Positions 20,274-30,022 of a stretch of 64,000 nucleotides of DNA are shown piece after piece. The notes beneath the pieces were generated by a model. The model was not told the origin of the DNA, did no database searches, and saw only the letters and a list, made by a program, of their open reading frames with translations. A program made the translations under genes and the position numbers. Source of the stretch: Myxococcota bacterium (GTDB lineage: Bacteria > Myxococcota_A > UBA796 > SXON01); NCBI GenBank assembly GCA_040386535.1, contig JAZKFH010000009.1, positions 181,451 to 245,450 of the forward strand, in the 5' to 3' direction. Each line of letters opens with the position of its first letter. The stretch's first letter is position 1.

Positions 20274-22217
20274 ATGCGCGTGCCGCCACCGTCCGGCCTC
20301 TGGTGGGCCCTCGGGCTCCTCGTCGGCTGCGAGCGGCCCGTGCCCGCGCCGCCCGACGCCCCCGCCATCGAGGGCCCCGGCGTCGTCCGCCTCGGCCCAC
20401 CCGCGCCCTCCGTCGGCATCTACGGCATCGCCGCGCCGCCCGGCACCGGCCGCGTCTACGTCTCGAACCTCCACGTGCCCTTCCTCACCGTGGTGGACGC
20501 CGCCACCGGCGCCTGGCTCGATGCGGTCGACCTGCGCGAGGGCTGCGGCGACCACGCGTTCTTCCCGCGGCTGTTCGTCGTGGGCGACGTGTTGTGGATC
20601 ACCGACACCGAAGCCGGGCGCCTCTGCCGCTACGATCACGCCGAGGGGGCATGGCTCGATCCCGTCGACGTAGACGGGCTCGGCGGCGGCATCGCCGTGA
20701 GCGGGAGCGATCTATGGGTCGCGACGCGCACTGCGCTCCTCCGCCACGACGGCACCGATTTCGTGGAGACCATCCCCGCGCCGGGCTGGGCGAGCGCGCT
20801 CGACGTCGAGGGCGACACCTTCGCGCTCCTGATGGGCCCGGACGAGCGTGTCGCCGTGCTCGATCGCGCGGGCGCCGTCGCGTGGGAGGCCGACGTGCCC
20901 GGCCGCGCGCTCAACGACATCGCGCTGCTGGACGGGCGCGTGTACGTGACCGAGCGCGTCGGGGGCCATGTCATCGCGCTGGCGGACGGCGCCGAGATCG
21001 CGCGCCTACACACGGGCTCGGACACGTTCGAGGTCGACCGCTTCGGCGACGGGCTCCTCGTCACCAACCGTCAGGGCGCCGCGCTCCCCAGCTCGGGCGC
21101 CTACCAGGGCGATCCGTCGCTCGTCACCGCGTTCAACGCGGACCTCACCCCCCGATGGTCCGTCCCCCTCGACAAGACCATCCACTTCCTCGCGTGGGAC
21201 GGGGTCCTCCTCTGGGCGGCCAACGAGGACGCGTTGCGCCTCTCCGCCATCGATCCGGTCGCGGGTGTCGAGGTCCTCCGCACCGAGCCGCTCGGCCTCA
21301 CCGTCGACCACCTCGCCGAGGTCGAGGGCGCCCTGGTCTTCGGGAGCCATCTCACCGACGAGGTGTGGCGCGTCACGCGCGACGGAAGGGCGATCGTCGC
21401 GACCGTGTGCGGCTGGCCCTTCGTGGCGGTGCCGGTCGCCGCGGGGCTGGTCGTGCCCTGCCAGGAGGACGGCGACGTCTGGACGCTCGACCCGATCACG
21501 CTGGAGGTGCGCGCCACCATGGATGTCGCGGACACCTTCTTCCCCGTCTGCGCCGAGGGCCTGTGCACGGGCCACGACACGCTCGTGGCCGCCGCCGCGG
21601 ACGGCGACGCCGTCGTCTACAGCGACCCGCACACGGGGAGCGTCCGCTGGACCGACGGCCGCGTGGTCGACCTCGGCGATTTCCCCGTGCGTGGCGACCT
21701 CCACCACTTCGACGTCGCGGCCGTCCAAGGCGCGGTCCTCGCCTTCGAGCCCCGCACCGAGACGCTCTACGCCGTGACCGATCCCGAGGCGGCGCTCCCC
21801 CTCGACGAGCCCACCGCCACCTTCGCCCTGATCCCCGACGGAGACCGCGTGTGGGCCGGCGGCGCGGCACGGGACGCCACGTTGGCGGAGGTGGCGCGGC
21901 TCCCCGAAGGGTTCGTCGCGCTCGTGGCCGGGGAGGGGTGGATCGTGGCACAGGACGGCGAGGACCTCGTGACGCTCGACCACGCCACGCTCGTGGAGGC
22001 CGGCCGCGTCGCGATCGAGGCGCTGCGCGCGCCGCCGTGGCGCGGCATCGACGGGTCGCTCGGGCCGCTGCGCTTCCGCGTGGTGGGCGGCGAGCTGATC
22101 GTCGCGAACACGATGCGCGGCACGCTGGAGAGGCGTGCGTTGCCGGACCTCGGGCCCGCAGGAGACGACGAGGTGGTGCCGGCGGGGCGGTGGGCGCACC
22201 TCGACGGGCTGCGCTGA
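20274..22217 (+). CDS. Large beta-propeller-like lipoprotein (YncE-like)
   Basis: LLVGC lipobox; repeated RVYVSN/VLWITD/RVYVTE/LWAANE blade motifs. Confidence 0.65.
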   Translation: MRVPPPSGLWWALGLLVGCERPVPAPPDAPAIEGPGVVRLGPPAPSVGIYGIAAPPGTGRVYVSNLHVPFLTVVDAATGAWLDAVDLREGCGDHAFFPRLFVVGDVLWITDTEAGRLCRYDHAEGAWLDPVDVDGLGGGIAVSGSDLWVATRTALLRHDGTDFVETIPAPGWASALDVEGDTFALLMGPDERVAVLDRAGAVAWEADVPGRALNDIALLDGRVYVTERVGGHVIALADGAEIARLHTGSDTFEVDRFGDGLLVTNRQGAALPSSGAYQGDPSLVTAFNADLTPRWSVPLDKTIHFLAWDGVLLWAANEDALRLSAIDPVAGVEVLRTEPLGLTVDHLAEVEGALVFGSHLTDEVWRVTRDGRAIVATVCGWPFVAVPVAAGLVVPCQEDGDVWTLDPITLEVRATMDVADTFFPVCAEGLCTGHDTLVAAAADGDAVVYSDPHTGSVRWTDGRVVDLGDFPVRGDLHHFDVAAVQGAVLAFEPRTETLYAVTDPEAALPLDEPTATFALIPDGDRVWAGGAARDATLAEVARLPEGFVALVAGEGWIVAQDGEDLVTLDHATLVEAGRVAIEALRAPPWRGIDGSLGPLRFRVVGGELIVANTMRGTLERRALPDLGPAGDDEVVPAGRWAHLDGLR

Positions 22218-22226
22218 ACCTCGGCG

Positions 22227-22595
22227 TCAGTCCGCCGACAGGTCGAACCGGATCTCGAGCCAGCCGTCGGTGGTCGTGACGGTGACGTGGTGGTTGTCCA
22301 CGGTGAGGGTGTCACCGATGGGCATGTCGAGCACGCTGACGATCTCGGGCCACATCTTGCACAGGTCGGTGAGGAGCCGGACGCGCACGTCCTCGGTCAT
22401 CGGCGTGTTGAGCTTGCCGCGCGCGGTGCCGACGAAGCGGAGGAAGTTGTCGAGCCGCGGCATCTTGAACGCGCTCTCGTCGTCAAAACGCAGCTCTAGG
22501 GTGTGGAGGTCGAGGTCGACGTCGAGGGGCAGGATCGACTCGACCACCGCGCCGAGGAGGAGGCGCCGGAACAGGCGCCAGAGGGGGGTGTTCAT
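22227..22595 (-). CDS. Hypothetical protein
   Basis: Fills the gap between two genes; protein-like composition and GC3 bias. Confidence 0.65.
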   Translation of the reverse strand: MNTPLWRLFRRLLLGAVVESILPLDVDLDLHTLELRFDDESAFKMPRLDNFLRFVGTARGKLNTPMTEDVRVRLLTDLCKMWPEIVSVLDMPIGDTLTVDNHHVTVTTTDGWLEIRFDLSAD

Positions 22596-22650
22596 GGGCG
22601 TTTTCTAGCAAGTTCTCGAGCCCGGGGTTCGTGACGGAACGTAAGGAACG

Positions 22651-24213
22651 ATGGCGAATCGGATAGGACCGGTTGCCCCGGAGGCTCCCCTGACCCCGCT
22701 CACCCGCGCCGAAGCCACCCGCTACGAGGAGACCTCCCGCCACGCCGACGTGATGGCCTTCGTAGAGGCCCTCGCGTCGCGAGGGGACGCACGTCTGATC
22801 GTCCGCTCCTTCGGCACGAGCCCCCAGGGGCGCGACCTCCCGCTGCTGGTGCTCTCGTCGCGCGGCGTCCGCACCCCCGCCGAGTCGCGCGCGCTCGGAC
22901 TCCCCGTGGTGCTCGTGCTCAACGGCATCCACGCCGGCGAGGTCGAGGGCAAGGAGGGCTCCCTCATGCTCGTGCGGGACCTGCTCGACGGCACCGTCGA
23001 CGCGGGGATCCTCGGCCAGCTCACCCTCGTGGTCGTGCCGCTCTTCAACCCCGACGGGAACGACGCCATCGATGTCGGCAACCGCAAGCTGCACCTGCCG
23101 AAGCTGGAGGGCCAGATCGGGCCGCCCACCGGCGTGGGGACGCGGGTGAACGCCTCCGGGGTCAACCTGAACCGCGACTACATGCGCCAGGAATCGCCGG
23201 AGATGCGGCAGCTCCAGGCGCGCGTGATCCAGGTCTGGGAGCCCGAGCTCACCATCGACAACCACGCCACCAACGGCTCGGTGCACCGGTTCTCGATGAC
23301 CTACGACGTGCCGCACACCGTCGAGAGCGGCCGCGCGGAGCCCGTGGACTACGTGCGGGAGCGGCTCCTCCCGCCCGTGACCGTCGCGATGAAGCAGAAC
23401 CACGGCATCGACGCCGGCTGGTACGGCAACTTCGTCGAGGACGAGCGCGTGCTCGACGCCCGCGGCGAAGCCGACCCCACCACCCCGGTGCGCGAGGGGT
23501 GGATGACCTACCCGCACCACCCGCGCTTCGGCAGCAACTACCGCGGCCTCACCAGCCGCATGGATCTGCTGCTGGAGTGCTACTCCTACATCCCGTTCGC
23601 CGAGCGCGTCCGCACGGCGTACGCGTTCGTGCTCGAGACGCTCCGGTACGTCGCGGCCCACGCGGGCGACGTGCTCGACATCGTGACGCGGAGCCGCACG
23701 CCGCGCGACCGGATCGCCGTGCGCTACCGGCTCGACACGCTGGCGGAGCCCGTCGAGATCCTCACCCGCACGTCGCGCACGCTCGACGGGGCGCCGACCG
23801 CGGTGACCCTTCCGTACTTCGCGCGCTTCGTCGGCACCGCGGTGGTCGACCGCCCGTTCGCCTACCTCGTGCCCCCCGCGGTGGCCGCCCACCTCGTCCT
23901 CCACGGGCTCACCGTGGCCGACGCGGCGGGCACGTACACGGTCGAGGTCGCGACGGTCGAGGGGTTCGAAACCGAAGGCGGCCGCAAGATCCTCGAAGCG
24001 GCCAAGGTCGGCGAGCTGCGCGTGTCCTGGGCGCGGTCCACTCGCGACGCGCCCGCGGGCTGGTCGATCGTCGCCACCGCACAGCCGCTCGGGGCCATCG
24101 CCGTCTACCTGTGCGAGCCCGAGAGCGACGACGGCGCCGTGGAGAACGGCCTGATCGCCGCGCCCGCCGCCGGGGACGAGTACCCGGTGTGGCGCGTCGC
24201 CGAGGCGACGTAG
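22651..24213 (+). CDS. M14 family zinc carboxypeptidase
   Basis: GIHAGEVEG, NPDG, NLNRDY, IDNH motifs. Confidence 0.9.
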   Translation: MANRIGPVAPEAPLTPLTRAEATRYEETSRHADVMAFVEALASRGDARLIVRSFGTSPQGRDLPLLVLSSRGVRTPAESRALGLPVVLVLNGIHAGEVEGKEGSLMLVRDLLDGTVDAGILGQLTLVVVPLFNPDGNDAIDVGNRKLHLPKLEGQIGPPTGVGTRVNASGVNLNRDYMRQESPEMRQLQARVIQVWEPELTIDNHATNGSVHRFSMTYDVPHTVESGRAEPVDYVRERLLPPVTVAMKQNHGIDAGWYGNFVEDERVLDARGEADPTTPVREGWMTYPHHPRFGSNYRGLTSRMDLLLECYSYIPFAERVRTAYAFVLETLRYVAAHAGDVLDIVTRSRTPRDRIAVRYRLDTLAEPVEILTRTSRTLDGAPTAVTLPYFARFVGTAVVDRPFAYLVPPAVAAHLVLHGLTVADAAGTYTVEVATVEGFETEGGRKILEAAKVGELRVSWARSTRDAPAGWSIVATAQPLGAIAVYLCEPESDDGAVENGLIAAPAAGDEYPVWRVAEAT

Positions 24214-24214
24214 C

Positions 24215-24895
24215 GTGCCGACCGTCCTCACCACCACGCTGGCCTTCGGCGGCACCCGCTTCGGCCCGTTCACGAGCGGAAACGTGTCCGTCGGGAGCGA
24301 CCCGCAGTGCCAGGTGCTCGTCAGCGCCGAGCTCGGCGTGCTGCCGCTGCACGCGTGGGTGACCGAGCGGCCCGGCGGGTGGACCTTGCACCCGGGCGCG
24401 CCCGGCGCCGTGGTGTTCGTGACGCGCCAGGGCGGCCGCGTGACCCCCATCACCGCCCCGGTCGAGCTCGAGGCGGGCGACGGCTTCGTCCTCGCCAATC
24501 GGGAGGGCGTGGCCTTCGTCGTCGGGGGCGGGGCCCCCGCGGTCGCCACCCCGGGCCGCCCCGCCACCGCGGCCCGACCCACCGGCGTCACCGCCCGCCC
24601 GTCCGGACGCATCTCCCCGTCCACGACGCCCCAGCGCCGCGCCCCCTCCGGCCCCCGCCGCGGCCCGCCGACCGCCGGCGCGCTCGCGGACGAGGCGCAG
24701 CGCATGGTCGAGGTCGAGATGATGCGGTACGGCCCGCTCCAGCAGATCCGGCAGGTGATCTTCCGGTACAACTCGGGGACGTACTTCCAGCCCCGCTACA
24801 TCATGGGGGCGCTGTTCGCGGCCGCGAGCGGGAGCTTCGTGATGTGTTCGGGCGGGGCGGCGTTCGTGTGGGCGTGGCTCCAAGCGCAGGTCTGA
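24215..24895 (+). CDS. Degenerate FHA-like domain protein with C-terminal TM helix
   Basis: VSVGSDPQCQVLV...VLPLHAWV resembles FHA G-R/S-x-x-H pattern; Pro/Arg linker; hydrophobic C-terminus. Confidence 0.55.
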   Translation: MPTVLTTTLAFGGTRFGPFTSGNVSVGSDPQCQVLVSAELGVLPLHAWVTERPGGWTLHPGAPGAVVFVTRQGGRVTPITAPVELEAGDGFVLANREGVAFVVGGGAPAVATPGRPATAARPTGVTARPSGRISPSTTPQRRAPSGPRRGPPTAGALADEAQRMVEVEMMRYGPLQQIRQVIFRYNSGTYFQPRYIMGALFAAASGSFVMCSGGAAFVWAWLQAQV

Positions 24896-24967
24896 CCGGA
24901 CCGCGGGATCCACGCCCTTGACCCGAGCGTGCCGGGGCCCATTTACCGAGGGCAACCGAGGCCCCGC

Positions 24968-25768
24968 ATGGAAGACGCCGCCGTCGTCGTAGAGCCCCGC
25001 ATCACCCAGGAGGTGCAGGGCGCCGTGCTCCTCGTGGGGCTCTCCCGCGCCCGCAAGAAGAACGCCTTCGACATCGAGATGCTCCGCGGCCTGTCCGACG
25101 CGTTGACCCGCCTCGATGCCGATCCTTCGCTCCGCGTGGGCGTGGTGTACGCACACGGCTCCGACTTCACGTCCGGCCTCGATCTCGCCGACGTGGCGCC
25201 TCATCTCGCCCAGGGCGCGCCGCTCTTCACCGACGGCGCCATCGATCCCTGGGGCACCCAGGGGCGTCGCCTGTCCAAGCCGCTCGTCGTGGCGGTGAAG
25301 GGGCTCTGCTACACCGTCGGCATCGAGCTTCTCCTCAACGCCGAGGTCTGCATCGCGAGCGCCGACACCCGGTTCTCCCAGATGGAGGTGAGCCGCGGCA
25401 TCTTCCCGTTCGGCGGCGGCACCGTGCGCTGGGTCGAGCGGGTGGGCTGGGGCAACGCGATGCGGTGGATGCTCACGGGCGACACGCTCGATGCGAAGGA
25501 GGCGCTGCGAATCGGCCTCGTGCAGGAGGTGGCCCCGCCGGACGAGGTGCTCGGGCGCGCCATCGCCATGGCCGAGCGCATCGCCGCGCAGGCGCCGCTC
25601 GGGGTGGCCGCTACGCTCCGTTCCGCCCGGCTCGCGCGGGAAGAGGGGCCCAGCGCCGCGCTCCAGGCGCTCCTCCCCGAGCTCCGCGACCTGATGGTGT
25701 CCGAGGACGCGCAGGAGGGCCTCCGATCCTTCCTCGAGCGCCGCCCCGCCGACTTCCAGGGAAGGTGA
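24968..25768 (+). CDS. Enoyl-CoA hydratase/crotonase family protein
   Basis: KKNAF, FTSGLDL, KPLVVAVKG, MEVSRGIFPFGG, EALRIGLVQEV, EGLRSFLERR. Confidence 0.92.
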   Translation: MEDAAVVVEPRITQEVQGAVLLVGLSRARKKNAFDIEMLRGLSDALTRLDADPSLRVGVVYAHGSDFTSGLDLADVAPHLAQGAPLFTDGAIDPWGTQGRRLSKPLVVAVKGLCYTVGIELLLNAEVCIASADTRFSQMEVSRGIFPFGGGTVRWVERVGWGNAMRWMLTGDTLDAKEALRIGLVQEVAPPDEVLGRAIAMAERIAAQAPLGVAATLRSARLAREEGPSAALQALLPELRDLMVSEDAQEGLRSFLERRPADFQGR

Positions 25769-25834
25769 AGCGCCGCACCCGGCGGGCCGCTGCGGGTTAG
25801 CTCCACCGACGCCGGAGCCTGCCCCTTGACCCGC

Positions 25835-27469
25835 ATGTCCACCGTCGCCGACCTGTTGCACATCCGCGCCGAGCGCGCTCCCGACGCGCTCGCCTTCCGC
25901 TTCCTCGGCGCGCGGGACGGCGACAGTGACGACATCACCGCCTCGGCCCTGCACGCGCGGGCCTCCCGGCTCGCCGCCCGCCTCGATGTCGCGCCGGGCG
26001 CGCGGGTGCTGATCCTCCACCCCCCCGGCAACGGCTACATCGCGGCGTTCTTCGGCTGCCTCCTCGCCGGCGCCGTGCCCGTGCCCGCATACCCGCCGCG
26101 GATGAACCGCAACCTGGAGCGCATCCAGGCCATCATGGCCGACGCGGGCTCCGAGGTCGCCGTGACCACGGTGGCCATGGCCGCCCGCCTCGCGCCCGAG
26201 CCCGAGCTCGCGGGCCTCCGGTGGGTCGCGGAGGACGCCGAGGACGATCCGGGCGCCTTCTCGCCGGTCGTCGTCGCGCCCGAAACACTGGCGTTCCTCC
26301 AGTACACCTCCGGCTCCACCGGCACCCCCAAGGGCGTGATGGTGACCCACGCGAACCTCCTGGCGAACCTCGCGGCGATCCTCGAACGCTTCCGCCTCGG
26401 GCCGCACAGCCGCGGCGTCATCTGGCTCCCGCCCTTCCACGACATGGGTCTGATCGGCGGGATCCTCGCCCCCATGGCCGCCCAGTTCCCGTGCTCCCTG
26501 ATGGCGCCCACCACGTTCCTCGTACGCCCGTCGGCGTGGCTCGCCGCGGTGTCGCGCGAGCGGGCCACGGTCAGCGGCGGGCCCGACTTCGCGTGGGCGC
26601 TCGCCACCCGGCGCGTGTCCGAGCAGGTGCGCGCCACCCTCGATCTGTCCGCGTGGGACGTGGCCTTCACCGGCGCCGAGCCCGTGCGCCCGGCCACGCT
26701 CGCCCGCTTCGCCGAGGCGTTCACCCCCTGCGGCTTCCGGCCCACCTCGTTCCTGCCCTGCTACGGCCTCGCCGAGGGCACGCTCCTCGTGGCCGGCGTG
26801 GCTGATCGGCGCGGCCCGACGATGGCGCGCGTCTCGTCGGAGGCGCTCGCGCAGATGGTGGTGGCGCCGGGGGACACCGAGATCGTGAGCTGCGGCCCGG
26901 CCGCGCTCGACACCGAGCTGCGCATCGTGCACCCGGAGACCGGCGAGACCCTCTCCGAGGGCCACGTGGGCGAGATCCTCGCGCGCGGGCCGTCCGTGGC
27001 GGCGGGCTACTTCGGCCGCCCCGAGGCCACCGCCGAGGCCTTCACCGACGGGTGGCTCCACACGGGTGACCTCGGGTTCCTCGCCCGGCACGAGCTGTTC
27101 GTGACCGGCCGCAAGAAGGATCTGGTGCTGCTCCGCGGCCGCAACCTGTACCCGCAGGATCTGGAGGTGGCCGCCGAGGCCGCGCACCCCGATCTGCGCG
27201 GCAACTCGAGCGCCGCCTTCGGCGTCGAGATCGAGGGTGAGGAGCGCCTGGTCATCGTCCTGGAGGTCGACGCGCGGCGGGTGCCCGAGCCGACGCCCAT
27301 CACCGAGGCCGTCGTGGCCGCGATCGCCCAGGCGTTCGACGCCGGCGTGCACGCCGTGGTGCTGCTCCCCGCGGGCGGCATCCCGCGCACGAGCAGCGGC
27401 AAGGTGCGGCGCGCGGCTACCCGGCTGGCCTGGCTCGCGGGCACGTTGGTGGGAGACGAGGAAGCTTGA
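25835..27469 (+). CDS. Fatty acyl-AMP ligase (FAAL)
   Basis: AFLQYTSGSTGTPKGV, WLPPFHDMGLIG, PCYGLAEGTL, TGDLGF, IPRTSSGKVRR. Confidence 0.9.
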   Translation: MSTVADLLHIRAERAPDALAFRFLGARDGDSDDITASALHARASRLAARLDVAPGARVLILHPPGNGYIAAFFGCLLAGAVPVPAYPPRMNRNLERIQAIMADAGSEVAVTTVAMAARLAPEPELAGLRWVAEDAEDDPGAFSPVVVAPETLAFLQYTSGSTGTPKGVMVTHANLLANLAAILERFRLGPHSRGVIWLPPFHDMGLIGGILAPMAAQFPCSLMAPTTFLVRPSAWLAAVSRERATVSGGPDFAWALATRRVSEQVRATLDLSAWDVAFTGAEPVRPATLARFAEAFTPCGFRPTSFLPCYGLAEGTLLVAGVADRRGPTMARVSSEALAQMVVAPGDTEIVSCGPAALDTELRIVHPETGETLSEGHVGEILARGPSVAAGYFGRPEATAEAFTDGWLHTGDLGFLARHELFVTGRKKDLVLLRGRNLYPQDLEVAAEAAHPDLRGNSSAAFGVEIEGEERLVIVLEVDARRVPEPTPITEAVVAAIAQAFDAGVHAVVLLPAGGIPRTSSGKVRRAATRLAWLAGTLVGDEEA

Positions 27470-27506
27470 GGCGCGCGCGGCGCCCGCGTCGCGTATCGTA
27501 GCGACG

Positions 27507-28364
27507 ATGCGCCTCGTCCGACTCGCCGGCTGCTCCCTCGCCCTCGGCTGCGCCGCGCCGGTGGAAGAGGCGTTGCCCGACGCGGAGCCCGCGCCGACCG
27601 ACACCGCGCCGCCGTTCACCTCGGCGCCGCCGCCGCCCGCCTTCGACGCCGCTGGGGTCGAGGCCGAGGCCGCCGCGTTGCTCCCGTGGCTCCCCAACGC
27701 AGCCGACGTGCTCCAGGACTGGCGCGACCAGTTCATCGGCGTGTCCCAATCCTGCCCAGGCATCACCGCGCCGTTCAGCATCGTCGCGCCGTTCGAGGGG
27801 TGCCGGGCTGCGGACGGGCGCTTGTGGGCCGGGTACGCGGTCTACACCGAGGGCACCGACGCGCCGCTCGACGTGCTGCTGGAGGCCGACGCGACCGTCA
27901 CGCAGGTGGATGGCGCCACGTTCATCGCGGCGGGCAAGACCTCGCTCGTGGTCACGGCGGAGGGCGCCTTCGACAGCGCGGTGTCGGGCACGTGGGGCGG
28001 CGCCGGGGACGACGATTGGACCGGGCCCGGCCCGAGCGTGGCGGTGTGGGCCGTGGGCGATGCCACGTCCGTGGCGCTGACCGGAGGGATGAGCCTCGCC
28101 GGCGGCGCGGTGTACCTCTCGGAGGTCGCGTGGGACGCGGAGACGTGCCCGGGCGCGACGGGCGAGATCGCGGTGCGCGACCCCGGCGGGTGGTGGTATT
28201 CGATCCATCTCGATGAGGATTGCAGCGGGTGTGGTCCGCTCACCTACGTGGGCGAGGACCTCGGTCGCGCCTGCGTCGGGCTGGGGAGCGCGTTGGAGGG
28301 GATGGTGACAGCGACGTTGGCCGGGGATGTCACACCTGGCTCCGACACCGGGAGCCCCAAGTGA
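27507..28364 (+). CDS. Cys-containing hypothetical lipoprotein
   Basis: LALGC lipobox; beta-rich body; C-terminal CSGCG..C; GTGA overlap with next gene. Confidence 0.7.
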   Translation: MRLVRLAGCSLALGCAAPVEEALPDAEPAPTDTAPPFTSAPPPPAFDAAGVEAEAAALLPWLPNAADVLQDWRDQFIGVSQSCPGITAPFSIVAPFEGCRAADGRLWAGYAVYTEGTDAPLDVLLEADATVTQVDGATFIAAGKTSLVVTAEGAFDSAVSGTWGGAGDDDWTGPGPSVAVWAVGDATSVALTGGMSLAGGAVYLSEVAWDAETCPGATGEIAVRDPGGWWYSIHLDEDCSGCGPLTYVGEDLGRACVGLGSALEGMVTATLAGDVTPGSDTGSPK

Positions 28365-30022
28365 CCCTGCTGATTTGGATCGCGTGCGCGCCTCCCGTCG
28401 CGGAGGAGCCGCAACGCGCCCCCCAAGCCCGGTCCCACGCCCGCACCTGGACCCCCGTGGCCGAGCTCGACGCCCGCCTCGAACCGCTCCCGGCGCCGCG
28501 CCTCCTCCGCCGGATGAGCCTGGATCTCCGTGGCACGTTGCCCTCCGCGGCCGAGCTCGACGCGGTGGAGGCGGATCCGTTTGCCATCACCGAGCTCCGC
28601 GACGCCTACCTGGAGGATCCCCGCTTCGAGGAGCGGCTGGTCGAGCACCTCGGCGACCGTTGGTTGACCAAGGTGGACGAGTTCCTCATCGAGTACCGTG
28701 AGTTCCCGCAGCTCGGGGCCGACCGGACGAACGAGTACCGCTTCGAGCGGGCGGTGGGGGAGGAGCCGCTCCGGCTCATGGCGCGCGTGGCGGCCGAGGA
28801 CCGGCCGTGGACAGACATCGTCACCGCCGACACCACGATGGCGAACGAGGTGCTCGCGCTGGCGTGGCCGGTGGAGTACCCCGACGGCGCCTCCGGCTGG
28901 CAGGAGGTGGCCTACACCGACGGGCGGCCGGCGGCCGGGGTGCTCGCCACGAACGGCCTGTGGTGGCGCTACTACACCACCTTCTCCAACTACAACCGCA
29001 TGCGGGTGAGCGCGGTCGCGAAGCTGCTCCTGTGTGTCGACTACCTCTCCCGCCCCGTGTCGTTCGACGGCGTCGTGTCATTGGCGGACACCGACGGCAT
29101 CGAGGGCGCCTTGCGCACCAACCCCTATTGTATGGGATGCCACTCCTCGCTCGACGCCGTCGCCGCGGGCTTGTTTGGTTTCTGGACGCCCCAGGAGTAC
29201 AGCGGCATCGAAAATGTCACCTACCACCCCGAGCGCGAGCTGCTCGGGGAGTCGCTCCTCGGCGTCTCCCCCGCCTGGTACGGGGCGCCGATCTCCGGCC
29301 TCGCCGACCTCGGCCAACACGTGGCCGCCGACCCCCGCTTCGCCCGGTGCGCGGCCCAGTCCGTCGCCGAGATGTATTGGCGGCGCGACGTGACTTTGGA
29401 CGACTTCGACCGCGTGGAGGCGCTCCGCGCCGTGTACGTGGAGGGCGGGGCGCGGCTCAAGGATGTGGTCTCCGCGGTCACCGACACGGCCCCGTACCGC
29501 GCGGGGGGCGCCACCGCGGACGGCGGACCCGACGAGAACACCGCCCGCACGATGGACGTGACGCTGCTCGGCTCCGTGCTGGAGGACCTCGCGGGGTTCA
29601 CCTGGACCTGGGGCGGCTACGATCAGCTCCGCAACGACACCTGGGGTTACCGCATCCTCGGCGGCGGCGTCGATGGGACCTACGTGAGCCGCGCCCAGCC
29701 GCTGCCCGGCCTCACGTGGTCCATCGTGCTCGCGCGCGTGGCGGAGGCGGCGGGCGTGGCGATCGCGACGCACGACCTCGACGACGACTCCCCGTGGCTG
29801 CTCGATCGGGTCTCGTCCACCGACGGGGCCGATTCCACGGCCTTCGCCGAGCAGGTCGCCGCGGCGCGGTGGCGCCTGCTCGCGGTGCGGCCGACCGAGG
29901 CCGACGTCGCCGCGGACGCCGACCTCTTCGACGAGGTCCTCGCGCTGACCGGCGACGTACCGAGCGCGTGGGCGGCCCTGGTCCAGGCGTGGCTCCGCGA
30001 CCCCGCCTTCGGGAGCTACTGA
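28361..30022 (+). CDS. DUF1549/DUF1592/DUF1588-like exported protein with one heme c motif
   Basis: LLRRMSLDLRGTLP, AGVLAT, CMGCH (CxxCH), ADPRFARC. Confidence 0.75.
   Translation: MTLLIWIACAPPVAEEPQRAPQARSHARTWTPVAELDARLEPLPAPRLLRRMSLDLRGTLPSAAELDAVEADPFAITELRDAYLEDPRFEERLVEHLGDRWLTKVDEFLIEYREFPQLGADRTNEYRFERAVGEEPLRLMARVAAEDRPWTDIVTADTTMANEVLALAWPVEYPDGASGWQEVAYTDGRPAAGVLATNGLWWRYYTTFSNYNRMRVSAVAKLLLCVDYLSRPVSFDGVVSLADTDGIEGALRTNPYCMGCHSSLDAVAAGLFGFWTPQEYSGIENVTYHPERELLGESLLGVSPAWYGAPISGLADLGQHVAADPRFARCAAQSVAEMYWRRDVTLDDFDRVEALRAVYVEGGARLKDVVSAVTDTAPYRAGGATADGGPDENTARTMDVTLLGSVLEDLAGFTWTWGGYDQLRNDTWGYRILGGGVDGTYVSRAQPLPGLTWSIVLARVAEAAGVAIATHDLDDDSPWLLDRVSSTDGADSTAFAEQVAAARWRLLAVRPTEADVAADADLFDEVLALTGDVPSAWAALVQAWLRDPAFGSY

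Noticed and set aside
23909..27781. 1290-aa minus-strand ORF and similar long ORFs (43080-46076, 22483-24771, 57337-59661, 11019-13118)
   Set aside because: Shadow ORFs of well-supported genes; stop codons are rare in high-GC DNA and the translations are Arg/Gly/Ala-rich without motifs
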